NCBI GenBank assembly: GCA_964572155.1
Contig: CAZNDZ010000003.1
Span: 202,224-266,223, forward strand
Length of the DNA stretch: 64,000 bases
Source of the DNA: an uncultured Planctomycetales bacterium
GTDB lineage: Bacteria; Omnitrophota; Gorgyraeia; Zapsychrales; Fredricksoniimonadaceae
Reading direction: 5' to 3'
Positions 20,314 to 30,023 of this stretch are shown piece after piece. Position numbers and translations under genes: made by a program. The notes under the pieces were generated by a model. The model did no database searches and was not told where the DNA came from. It saw nothing but the letters and a program-made list of their open reading frames with translations. How positions within the stretch are numbered: position 1 is the stretch's first letter; each line of letters opens with the position of its first letter.

Positions 20314-23300
20314 TTATGGGGGTGTCAGGCCAATCGTTTGCCAAATGTTGGCAATAGGTGTGATATTAAAAATCACCGGCGTCAAAGACTCAATCCCGTC
20401 CCGCTTAAAGCGCTCAATCATAGCAGGATCAATATCCATTTGTACACCATTTTCCAAATCTTTTTTAACCAATGTATTATCAGCCGTAGCTTTTAAATCG
20501 ATACCACCGTATTGATCTGTGGTATTCATGGCCAAGTCCATGCCTCTTAAAGTTGGCGCATTCCAAGTCAACGCATCAAGTCTTGATAATAAAGTTTTAA
20601 GCTGATTTCTCTGTCCTTCTTCAATATACTTATCCTCTAACAATATGGTTACATTTCGTTTAAGCAAATCAATATCATAATCAATTGACTCAAGCACATA
20701 TTGCCTATGCCCGTTGTTAAATGATGCTAATATCTTCTCATATCCCTCGACAGCACTTGTTAAACGCTGCAAGATAAAGCCCACAAATAATGATTTTAAC
20801 TCCTTAGCTTCCTCAATATTTAAGAGCAAGCCCTTATCTATGCTTAACGTTGTCTGTTGTGTCGCTAAAAAATCTTTAAAGGCCAACATGATTTCATGCA
20901 TCGCTTCATTCTTACTCATTTCATTAGCCAAATTCACTAAATAATTTCCAAAGATCTTCGTATTGATGTTCTTGATCCTAAAACTACTTAAAGTAAAGAT
21001 ATCGGTTAAATAGAATACCTTAGCATCTTTCTTATCTTTATACATCGGCGCTAATCGTTGAAACATTACATTTAAATTACTTAAAAACTCTTCCATGTAT
21101 TTGATTTCACGAACATTGTCTTTATTATTGATGCTACGTCGAGCACCATTGATCTTATCCAATAATCCTCGCTCAACTTCCAACCGTCCCCCGATGCTTT
21201 CTTTAACAACTTTTTTACCATCAATGGCATGTTGCAAATCAGCGTTCAACGATGCGCTAACTTCATTTATGGCTTTTTGCCATGCCTCATTTGTATAGGC
21301 ATTTTCCCTTTTAGCCCTTCTACTAACCGCTTTCATCAACTTCTTTGTTTCATCACCCATATGCAATGGACCTTTTCTAGCCAAATGGTATTCGCCACCT
21401 GCTTCCAAAACAACCGCCGGCCCCTCAACTAATTTCTCAAATTCATAAGATCGATCTTTAGGATCTTCGACCTGTGTTAACAATAGAAATGCCCTGCGAT
21501 AACTATTTCTCAACTTCTCTAAATATTCAATTTCAAGACTAAGCCTGAAAACGCGATCATCTAATCTATTCACTGAAGTTCGCAAGCCCTGAAGATTTGA
21601 ACGGCTAAATTCACGCTGTTCAACACCCCTTGAACTAGCAGCGTTCATTGCTTTATCAGGGTAATGCATAAAATCAAATCCACTTCCTCTAAAACCCAAA
21701 CTTCTTAAAACTCTAATCCATACTTCAACTTTTCCCCCATCCATACGTATCGGTTGAATGCCGATCAAATCTTGACCATACTCATTAACAAAACCCTCGA
21801 CTAACAATCTTCCCACATTGCTACGATCACCTTTATTGGCCTCTACAATGTCAATATTCCAACGCTGCTTATCTGAAATCCATGTTGCTAACAATATACC
21901 TTGCGGATTGTTTTTATCTCCAGCATAAAATAAAACAATATCCCCGTCGGGAACGTCTTTATGTCGATCTAAATAATTATTTGTATTAAAAACCCTAACT
22001 GCTGTCTGCCAATTTTTTAAAACTTCTTTAATCTCATCTGTAGTTTCCACATAGTTCGTTTGTGGGGTCGTCATGGCATCATCAGTTGGAACGCTTATCA
22101 AACCTAATTCAACTGCTAAATAAAGCATGTAGTTTGTTCGTTCTTTATCTTTTTCATCTGCTGATAAAATAAACTTTCCGTTAATCAATATTTGCTTAAA
22201 ATATGTTTCTTTGACGGCAAGATCTTGGAATCTTTCCTTTTGTTCTGGTAAACCATCATAATCTGCATATACAGATTCTAGCGATGGTCGATATAGATCG
22301 TTTTTATATACCCACTTAACAGAAATATTTGAATTTCTTCGTTCTACCGTCTTAATAACTCTTCCCTTTAAATCTGCATACGCTTTGGCATCCCAGAACT
22401 TATAATTATTCTTAACATATTCATCATTTAAAAATGGCTCCGCTTGCACACGCAATTCGGCCACAATCTCTTCAAATGTCTTTAAAGGACCACTTATCGG
22501 GTTAGTTTTATTAGCCATTGCTCTATCATTCGACGACATGCGCAAGACAACAAATCCAGCCACCCGTGTTATCTCAACTGGATCATATTCGTCAGTAAAT
22601 GGATTTACGTAATCAAATATTACGACATATTTTCCATCTCGATTCTCCAACTTAAATGCAACATTCTTCCTTGGAAATAACCTAGGATTATCTTCTGAAT
22701 ATTTAACCCATTCACCACCATTAATCCTGTAATGCCCCCATTCAAATTCAATGCGAGAAGTTAATTTTCCTAATAATAACTTAAACTCAGACCTTTTATC
22801 AGCTAACTCAAAAGACACACTTTTGTTCTCATCAGTTAATTGTTTAGAAATCATCGCTGCATCGTTTTTTGTTCTCTTGAATGCCTCTAATTGCTGAATC
22901 AAATCTGATCTCTCTTTAATAATTCTTTCTTTTCGTTCCTGCGATACTTGACTCAATGTGTTTTCATCTAAAAAAGAATCCAATGCTTTTGTTAGTTCAG
23001 CTATGCGTTCTTCCATTTGCTTTAGATTATTTGAATTCATCGCGGCATTTATATTCACCAAACGATCTTTTGACGCTGACATTGCCTCATTAAATTGTCG
23101 CACATCACTTGTCATGTCAGGATTCGCAGCCATACCTGGGTTGACACCGCCGGAGAAGTATTTTCTTGGTGTGATTTGATTATTTTGAGTGTCTTCCTTA
23201 ACAAAATTGAAAACACCTTTTTTGTAGGCTTGCAAATAACGGTTATAGATTTGTTCTTTAATAGTTTTATCATCTAGATCTATGCCTTTGACGGTTGACT

Positions 23301-24153
23301 TGTCGGCATAGACTTGGGTTAACAAGGCGGTTTTAAGATTGTTTTTATACCAGCTGGCTAGGATTAACGCGTTAAAAATTTGACGCAGATTCGCAAAGTT
23401 TTTACCTTCATTAACTTCTTTTTCTAACTCTGGGATGATAATTTCACGGATAATGTTTTGGGTTGTTTTATTTGTTGTTTGAGACGCGATAAATCGCGTC
23501 TCTACGTTATGTTTTTGGGACGCCAAATAATCTTCTTCTAACATGACCTTCAAGTGGGCTTTGGTCACGAAGGCGGTTTGATGGTGTTCGAAGACTTCGG
23601 CTTGGTCGGCGGTGATCCAGACTTTATTAAAGGTGTTAACAGGGATTTGAGTGTTGCCATATAGTTCTTGAGACTTGGCATAGACGCGATCCCAGAATGT
23701 TTTTCCGAGTTCTTTTTCAGGATAAATGAGCGAGGCGGTGATTTGTTTTAAAATGTAGTCTTGGGCTAAAAGGTCGCGGCCCATATCGGTTTGGCTTAAG
23801 GCTTCGGGTGCGGTCTTGTCTTTTTCATATGGCGATAAGTTGACCCACCAATCTTTTTCTGGGATGGCTAAACTTGCGAGGAAGTATTTGATTAACTTAT
23901 CCCCTTCGGCTTTTAAGGCCTCGCCTTGGAGTCGGTCTTGGCCAACATCTACAATAAAATCAAATTGGAATGGATTTGTCTTTGAGACCGTCAAACCCTT
24001 GATCATGGCTGGTGCAAACGGGGTGCTTAGAGAAACCATCTTTCCTGGCTCTGGCAAACCCAATAAAGGCGCGGCATAAGACTTTTGAGGAAGAATTATA
24101 GACGTTGCCGTAAATGCGACAATTAAGATGTAAATAAGGGATTTTCTATACAT
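20314..24153 (-). CDS. large secreted protein, paralog 3 of the same family
   Basis: MYRKSLIYILIVAFTATSIILPQKSYA^APLLGLPEPG…; 1279 aa; conserved N and C modules, unique centre. Confidence 0.75.
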   Translation of the reverse strand: MYRKSLIYILIVAFTATSIILPQKSYAAPLLGLPEPGKMVSLSTPFAPAMIKGLTVSKTNPFQFDFIVDVGQDRLQGEALKAEGDKLIKYFLASLAIPEKDWWVNLSPYEKDKTAPEALSQTDMGRDLLAQDYILKQITASLIYPEKELGKTFWDRVYAKSQELYGNTQIPVNTFNKVWITADQAEVFEHHQTAFVTKAHLKVMLEEDYLASQKHNVETRFIASQTTNKTTQNIIREIIIPELEKEVNEGKNFANLRQIFNALILASWYKNNLKTALLTQVYADKSTVKGIDLDDKTIKEQIYNRYLQAYKKGVFNFVKEDTQNNQITPRKYFSGGVNPGMAANPDMTSDVRQFNEAMSASKDRLVNINAAMNSNNLKQMEERIAELTKALDSFLDENTLSQVSQERKERIIKERSDLIQQLEAFKRTKNDAAMISKQLTDENKSVSFELADKRSEFKLLLGKLTSRIEFEWGHYRINGGEWVKYSEDNPRLFPRKNVAFKLENRDGKYVVIFDYVNPFTDEYDPVEITRVAGFVVLRMSSNDRAMANKTNPISGPLKTFEEIVAELRVQAEPFLNDEYVKNNYKFWDAKAYADLKGRVIKTVERRNSNISVKWVYKNDLYRPSLESVYADYDGLPEQKERFQDLAVKETYFKQILINGKFILSADEKDKERTNYMLYLAVELGLISVPTDDAMTTPQTNYVETTDEIKEVLKNWQTAVRVFNTNNYLDRHKDVPDGDIVLFYAGDKNNPQGILLATWISDKQRWNIDIVEANKGDRSNVGRLLVEGFVNEYGQDLIGIQPIRMDGGKVEVWIRVLRSLGFRGSGFDFMHYPDKAMNAASSRGVEQREFSRSNLQGLRTSVNRLDDRVFRLSLEIEYLEKLRNSYRRAFLLLTQVEDPKDRSYEFEKLVEGPAVVLEAGGEYHLARKGPLHMGDETKKLMKAVSRRAKRENAYTNEAWQKAINEVSASLNADLQHAIDGKKVVKESIGGRLEVERGLLDKINGARRSINNKDNVREIKYMEEFLSNLNVMFQRLAPMYKDKKDAKVFYLTDIFTLSSFRIKNINTKIFGNYLVNLANEMSKNEAMHEIMLAFKDFLATQQTTLSIDKGLLLNIEEAKELKSLFVGFILQRLTSAVEGYEKILASFNNGHRQYVLESIDYDIDLLKRNVTILLEDKYIEEGQRNQLKTLLSRLDALTWNAPTLRGMDLAMNTTDQYGGIDLKATADNTLVKKDLENGVQMDIDPAMIERFKRDGIESLTPVIFNITPIANIWQTIGLTPP

Positions 24154-24206
24154 ACGGAATTATGTATAGAATAGCATATAGATATTATAAATGCCACTTT
24201 TGGGTT

Positions 24207-24476
24207 TTAGCTTGGATGGCACGCACAACCGCCGCCACAAGAGCCTGAAGCAGGGTTTGCGGCTGGTTTTGGAGCCTCGCTGGGTGCGGGTTTGTTCTTA
24301 TAATCGGTTTGATAAAAGCCTGTGCCCTTAAAAATCATGCCTGAACCGCCACCAATCAAACGCGATAATTTATTTTTACCGCATTTGGGACACTTGGTTA
24401 ATTTAGCATCGGTCATGCTTTGAAATTCTTCAAACACATGGCCACACGCAGAACATTCATAATCATAATTAGGCAT
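24207..24476 (-). CDS. FmdB-family zinc-ribbon protein
   Basis: YECSACGHVFE…CPKCG motif; Gly/Cys-rich tail. Confidence 0.7.
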   Translation of the reverse strand: MPNYDYECSACGHVFEEFQSMTDAKLTKCPKCGKNKLSRLIGGGSGMIFKGTGFYQTDYKNKPAPSEAPKPAANPASGSCGGGCACHPS

Positions 24477-24488
24477 AGGATCTTCCTT

Positions 24489-25607
24489 TTATTTAAAAGC
24501 TTTCTTGATGCGTTCTTTAAATGTCTTATTCGTTGCTTCGCCAGCTTCCTTGGCAAATTCTTCGATCAACTCTTTTTGTCGACCGGTTAATTGCTCTGGA
24601 ACACCCAACATCACGCGCACATACAGATCACCTTGTTCTTGGGCATGCACATCTGGCATGCCATGGCCGCGCATGCGAAAGACTTTACCGCTTTGTGTCC
24701 CGACGGGAATCTTCATGACGACTTTTTCTTTCAAACTATCAATCGTCACTTCACCGCCCAAGGCAGCTTTATAAAATGGCACGTTTAAATCCGTTGTCAG
24801 GTCATTGTTGCGACGCGCGAAACGTTCATGTTCTTTCACACGAATAAACAAATATAAATCACCACTACCCGCAGCACCCGCTTCACCTTCGCCGCGAATG
24901 CGCAATTGAGAATCATTGTCAACACCGGCGGGGATTTTCACTTCTACCTTACGGTTGACGCGCACCATGCCCTGCCCTAAACAGTCAGAACATTTTTCCG
25001 TAATCATCTTTCCTGTGCCACGGCATTGCGGACATGTTTGTGCCATGCGGAAAAATCCCGACGACATCACCACTTGGCCTTGGCCTTTGCACTGCGCACA
25101 CGTCTTTAAAGCTTTGCCTTCTTTAGCACCGGTGCCATCGCATTTCTTGCAATGATCTAGGCGAGGAAAATGAATTTCTTTTTTCACGCCACTGTATGCT
25201 TCTTCAAGCGTGATTTCTGTTTCATATTGAATATCTCGACCACGCGCACGGGCATGACCGCCACCGCCGCCAAATTGATCGCCAAACATACGTCCTAAAA
25301 TATCACCGAGACCCGCATCCCCAAAGACACTGGAGAAATCAGCCCCTCGGAAAATATCTTCGGAGGTGTAGTTTTGATCAATGCCTTGATGACCATACTG
25401 GTCATAGGTTTGTTTCTTTTGAGCGTCAGAAAGAACACCATAGGCTTCAGAAATTTCTTTAAACTTTTCCTCAGCAACTTTCTTCTCTGACTCTTGCACG
25501 CGGTCTGGATGGTATTTCAAAGCCAGCGAACGATACGCTTTTTTAATATCAGCGATCGTCGCTGACTTTGGAACACCTAGGATTTCGTAATAGTCTTTCT
25601 TCGACAT
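24489..25607 (-). CDS. dnaJ: chaperone DnaJ
   Basis: J domain with HPD (YHPDRVQ), a G/F region and four CxxCxGxG zinc-finger repeats. Confidence 0.9.
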   Translation of the reverse strand: MSKKDYYEILGVPKSATIADIKKAYRSLALKYHPDRVQESEKKVAEEKFKEISEAYGVLSDAQKKQTYDQYGHQGIDQNYTSEDIFRGADFSSVFGDAGLGDILGRMFGDQFGGGGGHARARGRDIQYETEITLEEAYSGVKKEIHFPRLDHCKKCDGTGAKEGKALKTCAQCKGQGQVVMSSGFFRMAQTCPQCRGTGKMITEKCSDCLGQGMVRVNRKVEVKIPAGVDNDSQLRIRGEGEAGAAGSGDLYLFIRVKEHERFARRNNDLTTDLNVPFYKAALGGEVTIDSLKEKVVMKIPVGTQSGKVFRMRGHGMPDVHAQEQGDLYVRVMLGVPEQLTGRQKELIEEFAKEAGEATNKTFKERIKKAFK

Positions 25608-25609
25608 AC

Positions 25610-27535
25610 TTATTTATCCGATGATGCCTTAAAGTCTGCATCAATGACATCATCTTTTTTACCGCCCTGTGATTCACCACCAGCAGGACCACCTTGTGGT
25701 TGTTCTGGCCCTTGTGGTTGCTCACCCTGAGCACCAGCGCCTGGTTGACCTTGCGCAGCGGTTGCTTTATATGCTTCTTCGGCTAACTTATGGCTAGCTT
25801 TTTGTAAGCTTTCCATCGCCGCTTTAATGGCGTCATGATTCTTTTCGGTAATCGCAGTTTTAAGCAATGCTAATTCTTTTTCTGCTGCTTCCTTATCCGC
25901 AGCGGAAACCTTATCACCATAATCTTTGAGCGACTTTTCCGTCGTATAGACCATGGTGTTGGCTTGATTGAGCAATTCTGCCTCTTCTTTGCGTTTGGTA
26001 TCTTCCGCCGCAAACTTTTCAGCTTCCTTGACCATCTTTTCAATCTCAGCGTCGGACAACTTGGTCTTAGCGGTGATTTGAATCTTTTGTTCTTTACCTG
26101 TTGCCTTATCCTTAGCACCAACATGCACAATCCCGTTGGCATCAATGTCAAACGTGACTTCAATTTGTGGAATACCACGTGGTGCTGGTGGAATACCCAC
26201 TAAATCAAAGCGGCCAAGCTCAGTATTATCATTAGCCATTTGACGTTCGCCTTGTAAAACGCGAATGGTCACGGCCGTTTGATTTTCTTCCGCGGTTGAA
26301 AAGACTTGACTCTTCTTTGCCGGGATCGTGGTGTTGCGATCGATCAACTTTGTAAACACACCGCCCATGGTTTCGATACCTAAAGACAATGGTGTAACGT
26401 CAAGTAACAGAACATCTTTAGCGTCACCGGTAATGATAGCACCTTGGACAGCAGCACCTAAGGCCACACATTCCATGGGATCAATGCCGCGTTCAATCTT
26501 TTGGCCAACTTCATTTTCCAAGAAGGATTGAACAATGGGCATACGGGTTGGTCCACCAACTAAGACAACACGGTCAACCTTCACATCTACACCCATTTTT
26601 GCTGCCGCATCTTTGATAGCTTGACGTACTGGCCCACGGCAACGGTCGATCAATGGCGCAATTAAGCTTTCCAATTTCGAACGTTCGATTTTGATATTCA
26701 AATGCTTTGGACCAGATGCATCGGCGGTAATATAAGGAAGATTAACTTCCGTTGCAATCGTACTTGAAAGTTCAACTTTTGCTTTTTCAGCAGCTTCACG
26801 CAAACGTTGGAACGACATCTTGTCATTGCGCAAATCAACGCCGGATTCTTTCTTGAATTCTTCAATGATGTAATTGATCAAGGCATTGTCCATGTCGGTG
26901 CCGCCGAGTTGATTGTCCCCAGAGGTTGACAAGACTTCGAATGTCGCCGCTTTATTAGCTTCATCCCAGCCCATTTCCAAAATGGTAACGTCGAGCGTAC
27001 CACCACCAAGATCGAAGACCATGATCTTTTGTTCTTTGCCTGCTTTATCCAAACCATAGGCCAAACATGCTGCGGTTGGTTCGTTGATGATACGCAACAC
27101 CTTAAGACCAGCGATTTCACCAGCATCTTTAGTAGCTTGGCGTTGATTATCATTAAAATATGCAGGAACGGTGATGACCACATCTTCAACTTTGTCGCCT
27201 AAGAATTTCTCGGCGTCAGACTTAATCTTTTGCAAAATAAACGCAGAGATTTGTTGGGCGGTATATTCTTTGCCAAACACTTTGAATTTATGATCGGTGC
27301 CCATCTTGCGTTTTGCCGCATAGACAGTCCCTTCGGAATTAACCGGTGCTTGACGTCTTGCTGGTTCACCGACGAGCAATTGACCATCTTTGGTAAACGC
27401 CACAAATGATGGGAACGCTTTACCGGATGCCACGCCCGCGCCTTCAGCGGATGGGATAATGACGGGACGTCCGCCTTCCATAACTGCTGCTGCAGAATTT
27501 GATGTACCTAAATCGATTCCAATGACCCTTGCCAT
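25610..27535 (-). CDS. dnaK: chaperone DnaK (Hsp70)
   Basis: [10 protein letters not shown] and [19 protein letters not shown] motifs; 641 aa with a G/Q/P-rich C-terminus. Confidence 0.95.
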   Translation of the reverse strand: MARVIGIDLGTSNSAAAVMEGGRPVIIPSAEGAGVASGKAFPSFVAFTKDGQLLVGEPARRQAPVNSEGTVYAAKRKMGTDHKFKVFGKEYTAQQISAFILQKIKSDAEKFLGDKVEDVVITVPAYFNDNQRQATKDAGEIAGLKVLRIINEPTAACLAYGLDKAGKEQKIMVFDLGGGTLDVTILEMGWDEANKAATFEVLSTSGDNQLGGTDMDNALINYIIEEFKKESGVDLRNDKMSFQRLREAAEKAKVELSSTIATEVNLPYITADASGPKHLNIKIERSKLESLIAPLIDRCRGPVRQAIKDAAAKMGVDVKVDRVVLVGGPTRMPIVQSFLENEVGQKIERGIDPMECVALGAAVQGAIITGDAKDVLLLDVTPLSLGIETMGGVFTKLIDRNTTIPAKKSQVFSTAEENQTAVTIRVLQGERQMANDNTELGRFDLVGIPPAPRGIPQIEVTFDIDANGIVHVGAKDKATGKEQKIQITAKTKLSDAEIEKMVKEAEKFAAEDTKRKEEAELLNQANTMVYTTEKSLKDYGDKVSAADKEAAEKELALLKTAITEKNHDAIKAAMESLQKASHKLAEEAYKATAAQGQPGAGAQGEQPQGPEQPQGGPAGGESQGGKKDDVIDADFKASSDK

Positions 27536-27593
27536 AACTGCCTCCTGGTTTATCTATTAATAAATCTAATTTCTAATATCTAAATATCAAATC

Positions 27594-28109
27594 TCAACTA
27601 TTATTCTTTTGAACCTTAACTTTGGACGTACGTACAACGCGCCCACTTAAGGTGTAACCTTTTTGAAATTCTTCAACCACCGTATTATCTGGATGGTCTG
27701 CGCCCTCAACAATCATCAATGCTTCATGCGCATTAGGATCAAACACTTTGCCAACAACTTCAATTGGCTTTACATCGTACTTGTTCATGAGTTCTTTTAA
27801 AGAGTCATACACCATTTGCAAACCTTTGATCAAATTTGCATCCGTGCCTTCTTTGGCTTTAAACGCCGCTAAGGAACGTTCTAAATCATCATAAATCTTT
27901 AAACTCTCCACAATCACTTCTTCATGCGCGTACTTGATAAGTTCAACACGTTCACGTTCATGGCGCTTGCGCATATTGTCAAACTCGGCCATCAAACGCA
28001 CATATTTATCATGTTCAACCGCCAACAAATTTTTTAACGTTTCAACTTCGTTGACATCTGTTTTTGTTGACAAAATTTCTGCTGCTGGCTCTGAAATTGG
28101 TTCTTCCAT
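27594..28109 (-). CDS. grpE: nucleotide exchange factor GrpE
   Basis: Position between hrcA and dnaK; coiled-coil N-terminal region and a GrpE-like C-terminus (…FDPNAHEALM…). Confidence 0.85.
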   Translation of the reverse strand: MEEPISEPAAEILSTKTDVNEVETLKNLLAVEHDKYVRLMAEFDNMRKRHERERVELIKYAHEEVIVESLKIYDDLERSLAAFKAKEGTDANLIKGLQMVYDSLKELMNKYDVKPIEVVGKVFDPNAHEALMIVEGADHPDNTVVEEFQKGYTLSGRVVRTSKVKVQKNNS

Positions 28110-28130
28110 AAACCCTTGCGATCCTTTACG

Positions 28131-28859
28131 TTATTTGCTTAGTATACTGGAAATATAATCCAAGGCGGAAACCACACGGTCGTATTGCATGCGCGTGGGG
28201 CCTAAAACCGCAATGCGGCCTGTCACACCATCTTTTTCAAAACGGCTAACAGCCAAAGAACAATTTTCCATTTCTTTCAACGCCAATTCATGGCCAATAT
28301 AAATTTCAATGCGCTTTTCTAAATCACGGTTAATGAGCGCCAATAACTTTTCTTTTTCTTCTAAAATTCGCAAGATCGCTTGGATCTTTAAAATATCAAC
28401 TTCCTGCGGATACCCAACAACATAATTCGTACCCTTTAAAATAAATTTACTATCCCAACCATCGACGGTAACAATCGCTGTATATTGCGTTAAATCGGAT
28501 AAAGCTTGGGATGTCCGATCAATCAATTGCTCTAACTTATGACGGTATTGACGGCATTCATGTTCAATGTGCGTCTTTTCTTCTTCTAACAATTGTATCT
28601 CGCGCATCAAATGGTCAACGTAATAGCGATACCCTTGAGCTGTTGGCACACGCCCCGCAGATGTATGTGGGTGCGTTAAATAGCCTTCTTCCTCTAAGTC
28701 CGCTAAAATATTACGCACGGTCGCTGGCGAAACATCTAAACGATATTTCTCGGTAATAACTTGAGAACCCACCGGTGAGGTCGTCTTGATATACTGACCA
28801 ATCACGATCGCCAGGATCCTATCTTTCCGCGCTTGTATTTCCGAATTTTTGCTGACCAT
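28131..28859 (-). CDS. hrcA: heat-inducible transcription repressor HrcA
   Basis: …SPVGSQ…ATVRNILADLEEEGYL…SAGRVPT is the HrcA N-terminal winged-helix signature. The ORF-track start is GTG inside the CIRCE element; I used ATG at 28859 (MVSKNS…). The protein is short for HrcA (242 aa). Confidence 0.75.
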   Translation of the reverse strand: MVSKNSEIQARKDRILAIVIGQYIKTTSPVGSQVITEKYRLDVSPATVRNILADLEEEGYLTHPHTSAGRVPTAQGYRYYVDHLMREIQLLEEEKTHIEHECRQYRHKLEQLIDRTSQALSDLTQYTAIVTVDGWDSKFILKGTNYVVGYPQEVDILKIQAILRILEEKEKLLALINRDLEKRIEIYIGHELALKEMENCSLAVSRFEKDGVTGRIAVLGPTRMQYDRVVSALDYISSILSK

Positions 28860-28864
28860 AAAAT

Positions 28865-28891
28865 TTAGCACTCCGTATGCTTGTCTGCTAA
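28865..28891. promoter_or_regulatory. CIRCE operator (HrcA binding site)
   Basis: TTAGCACTC-N9-GTCTGCTAA against the consensus TTAGCACTC-N9-GAGTGCTAA: the left arm is 9/9 and the right arm 7/9. It lies immediately upstream of hrcA. Confidence 0.65.
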
Positions 28892-28892
28892 A

Positions 28893-28920
28893 ATTATAGC
28901 AAATAAAATTCTTTTGTCAA
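28893..28920 (-). promoter_or_regulatory. sigma-70-type promoter of the hrcA-grpE-dnaK-dnaJ operon
   Basis: On the minus strand: TTGACA, a 16-nt spacer, then TATAAT. Both hexamers are consensus, and CIRCE abuts the -10 element. Confidence 0.55.
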
Positions 28921-28952
28921 GCTTCGCGACGCCACTACTAAAACCTAATGTA

Positions 28953-30023
28953 TTACAATTCTATCTTAGAATTCTCTAAGAAATTATTGTAATGAAAGAA
29001 TACGCAACTCTTTGGGTTTGAAACAACGCAAGCTTGGTAATGCTCTTTGAAGACTTGTGGTTTTTGGATGTTTTTATATAACCCGACAGCCATATTAACT
29101 TTTTTAAAGTCATTCACGTGCGACTTGATACCCTCAATATTCTTAATATAAGTCGCAGTATCTTGAGGATAATTCATGACGGTTACAAAATCAACCAAAC
29201 CCTTATTAATCCATGAGGGCCAATCTTGCATAGCTTCATGCATGGCGCGTGCATATGATAAACAACCCGTTGCTGACACTTGGATTTTTGGATTAATGCT
29301 TCGCGCTTTCTTAACCAAAAATGACAATAGTTCGGTGACTTGATCACGCTTCCATTGTTTCCAGTCTGGATCAGCCTCGACGACTTTTAACTTATTTTTG
29401 TCTCGTTTGTAGCGCACGATATTATCTGATGAGTACCCATAAAACGGATGCACGTCGGGGTATCGGATATAATCAAATTGTATGCCGTCTAATTCCGGAT
29501 AAGCGGTAATAATTTCCTCAACCACATCTAAACTCGCACGCCTGACAAAACGATTGGATGGCTCTAAGAAATATTGATTGTCGATTTTATAGTCGGACAA
29601 CTTATGCTTACGTTCTTTATTACGCGTTAAGATGCTTGTGCCATATTTTTTCAATAAGGGCGCATCAACATTCGCACTTAACGACAGCATATTCATCCAT
29701 GCGTGCACTTGAATCCCTTGTGCATGCGCCGCTTTGATTAATAATTTAACTGGATCTTGGCCAACTTGTTTGCGTGCATGACGATAGGGTTCATCGTCGG
29801 CAATTTTAGATGGGAACCATGATTTATTAGCCCGATACATTTGCACAAAGATGGTGTCGATCTGCTCTTTCTTTGCAAATGCAATCATGCGTTCAATCTG
29901 ACCTTGGCTTGCAATGACCGGCTCTTTTTCTAAAGCCCAAACAAATAGCCCACGCGAAACTTCTTGCGTATGCCCCGTAACAGCCATCAAAAAGAACAAT
30001 ATCGTAAGCATTAACTTTTTCAT
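28953..30023 (-). CDS. glycoside hydrolase-like family 10 (GHL10/DUF187) lipoprotein/secreted protein
   Basis: Signal peptide MKKLMLTILFFLMAVTGHTQ. The body resembles the YngK/GHL10 TIM-barrel family (…FVQMYRANKSW…HAWMNM…). Start moved to the first ATG (the ORF-track start is GTG). Confidence 0.55.
   Translation of the reverse strand: MKKLMLTILFFLMAVTGHTQEVSRGLFVWALEKEPVIASQGQIERMIAFAKKEQIDTIFVQMYRANKSWFPSKIADDEPYRHARKQVGQDPVKLLIKAAHAQGIQVHAWMNMLSLSANVDAPLLKKYGTSILTRNKERKHKLSDYKIDNQYFLEPSNRFVRRASLDVVEEIITAYPELDGIQFDYIRYPDVHPFYGYSSDNIVRYKRDKNKLKVVEADPDWKQWKRDQVTELLSFLVKKARSINPKIQVSATGCLSYARAMHEAMQDWPSWINKGLVDFVTVMNYPQDTATYIKNIEGIKSHVNDFKKVNMAVGLYKNIQKPQVFKEHYQACVVSNPKSCVFFHYNNFLENSKIEL

Noticed and set aside
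13309-24153. Interpretation of the paralog triplet as a classical polymorphic toxin / immunity locus or an IS-mediated duplication
   Set aside because: The C-termini are conserved and the centres vary, which is the opposite of polymorphic toxins. No small immunity-like ORFs lie between the genes (the gaps are only 58-107 nt). No transposase or integrase genes and no terminal inverted repeats lie anywhere nearby.
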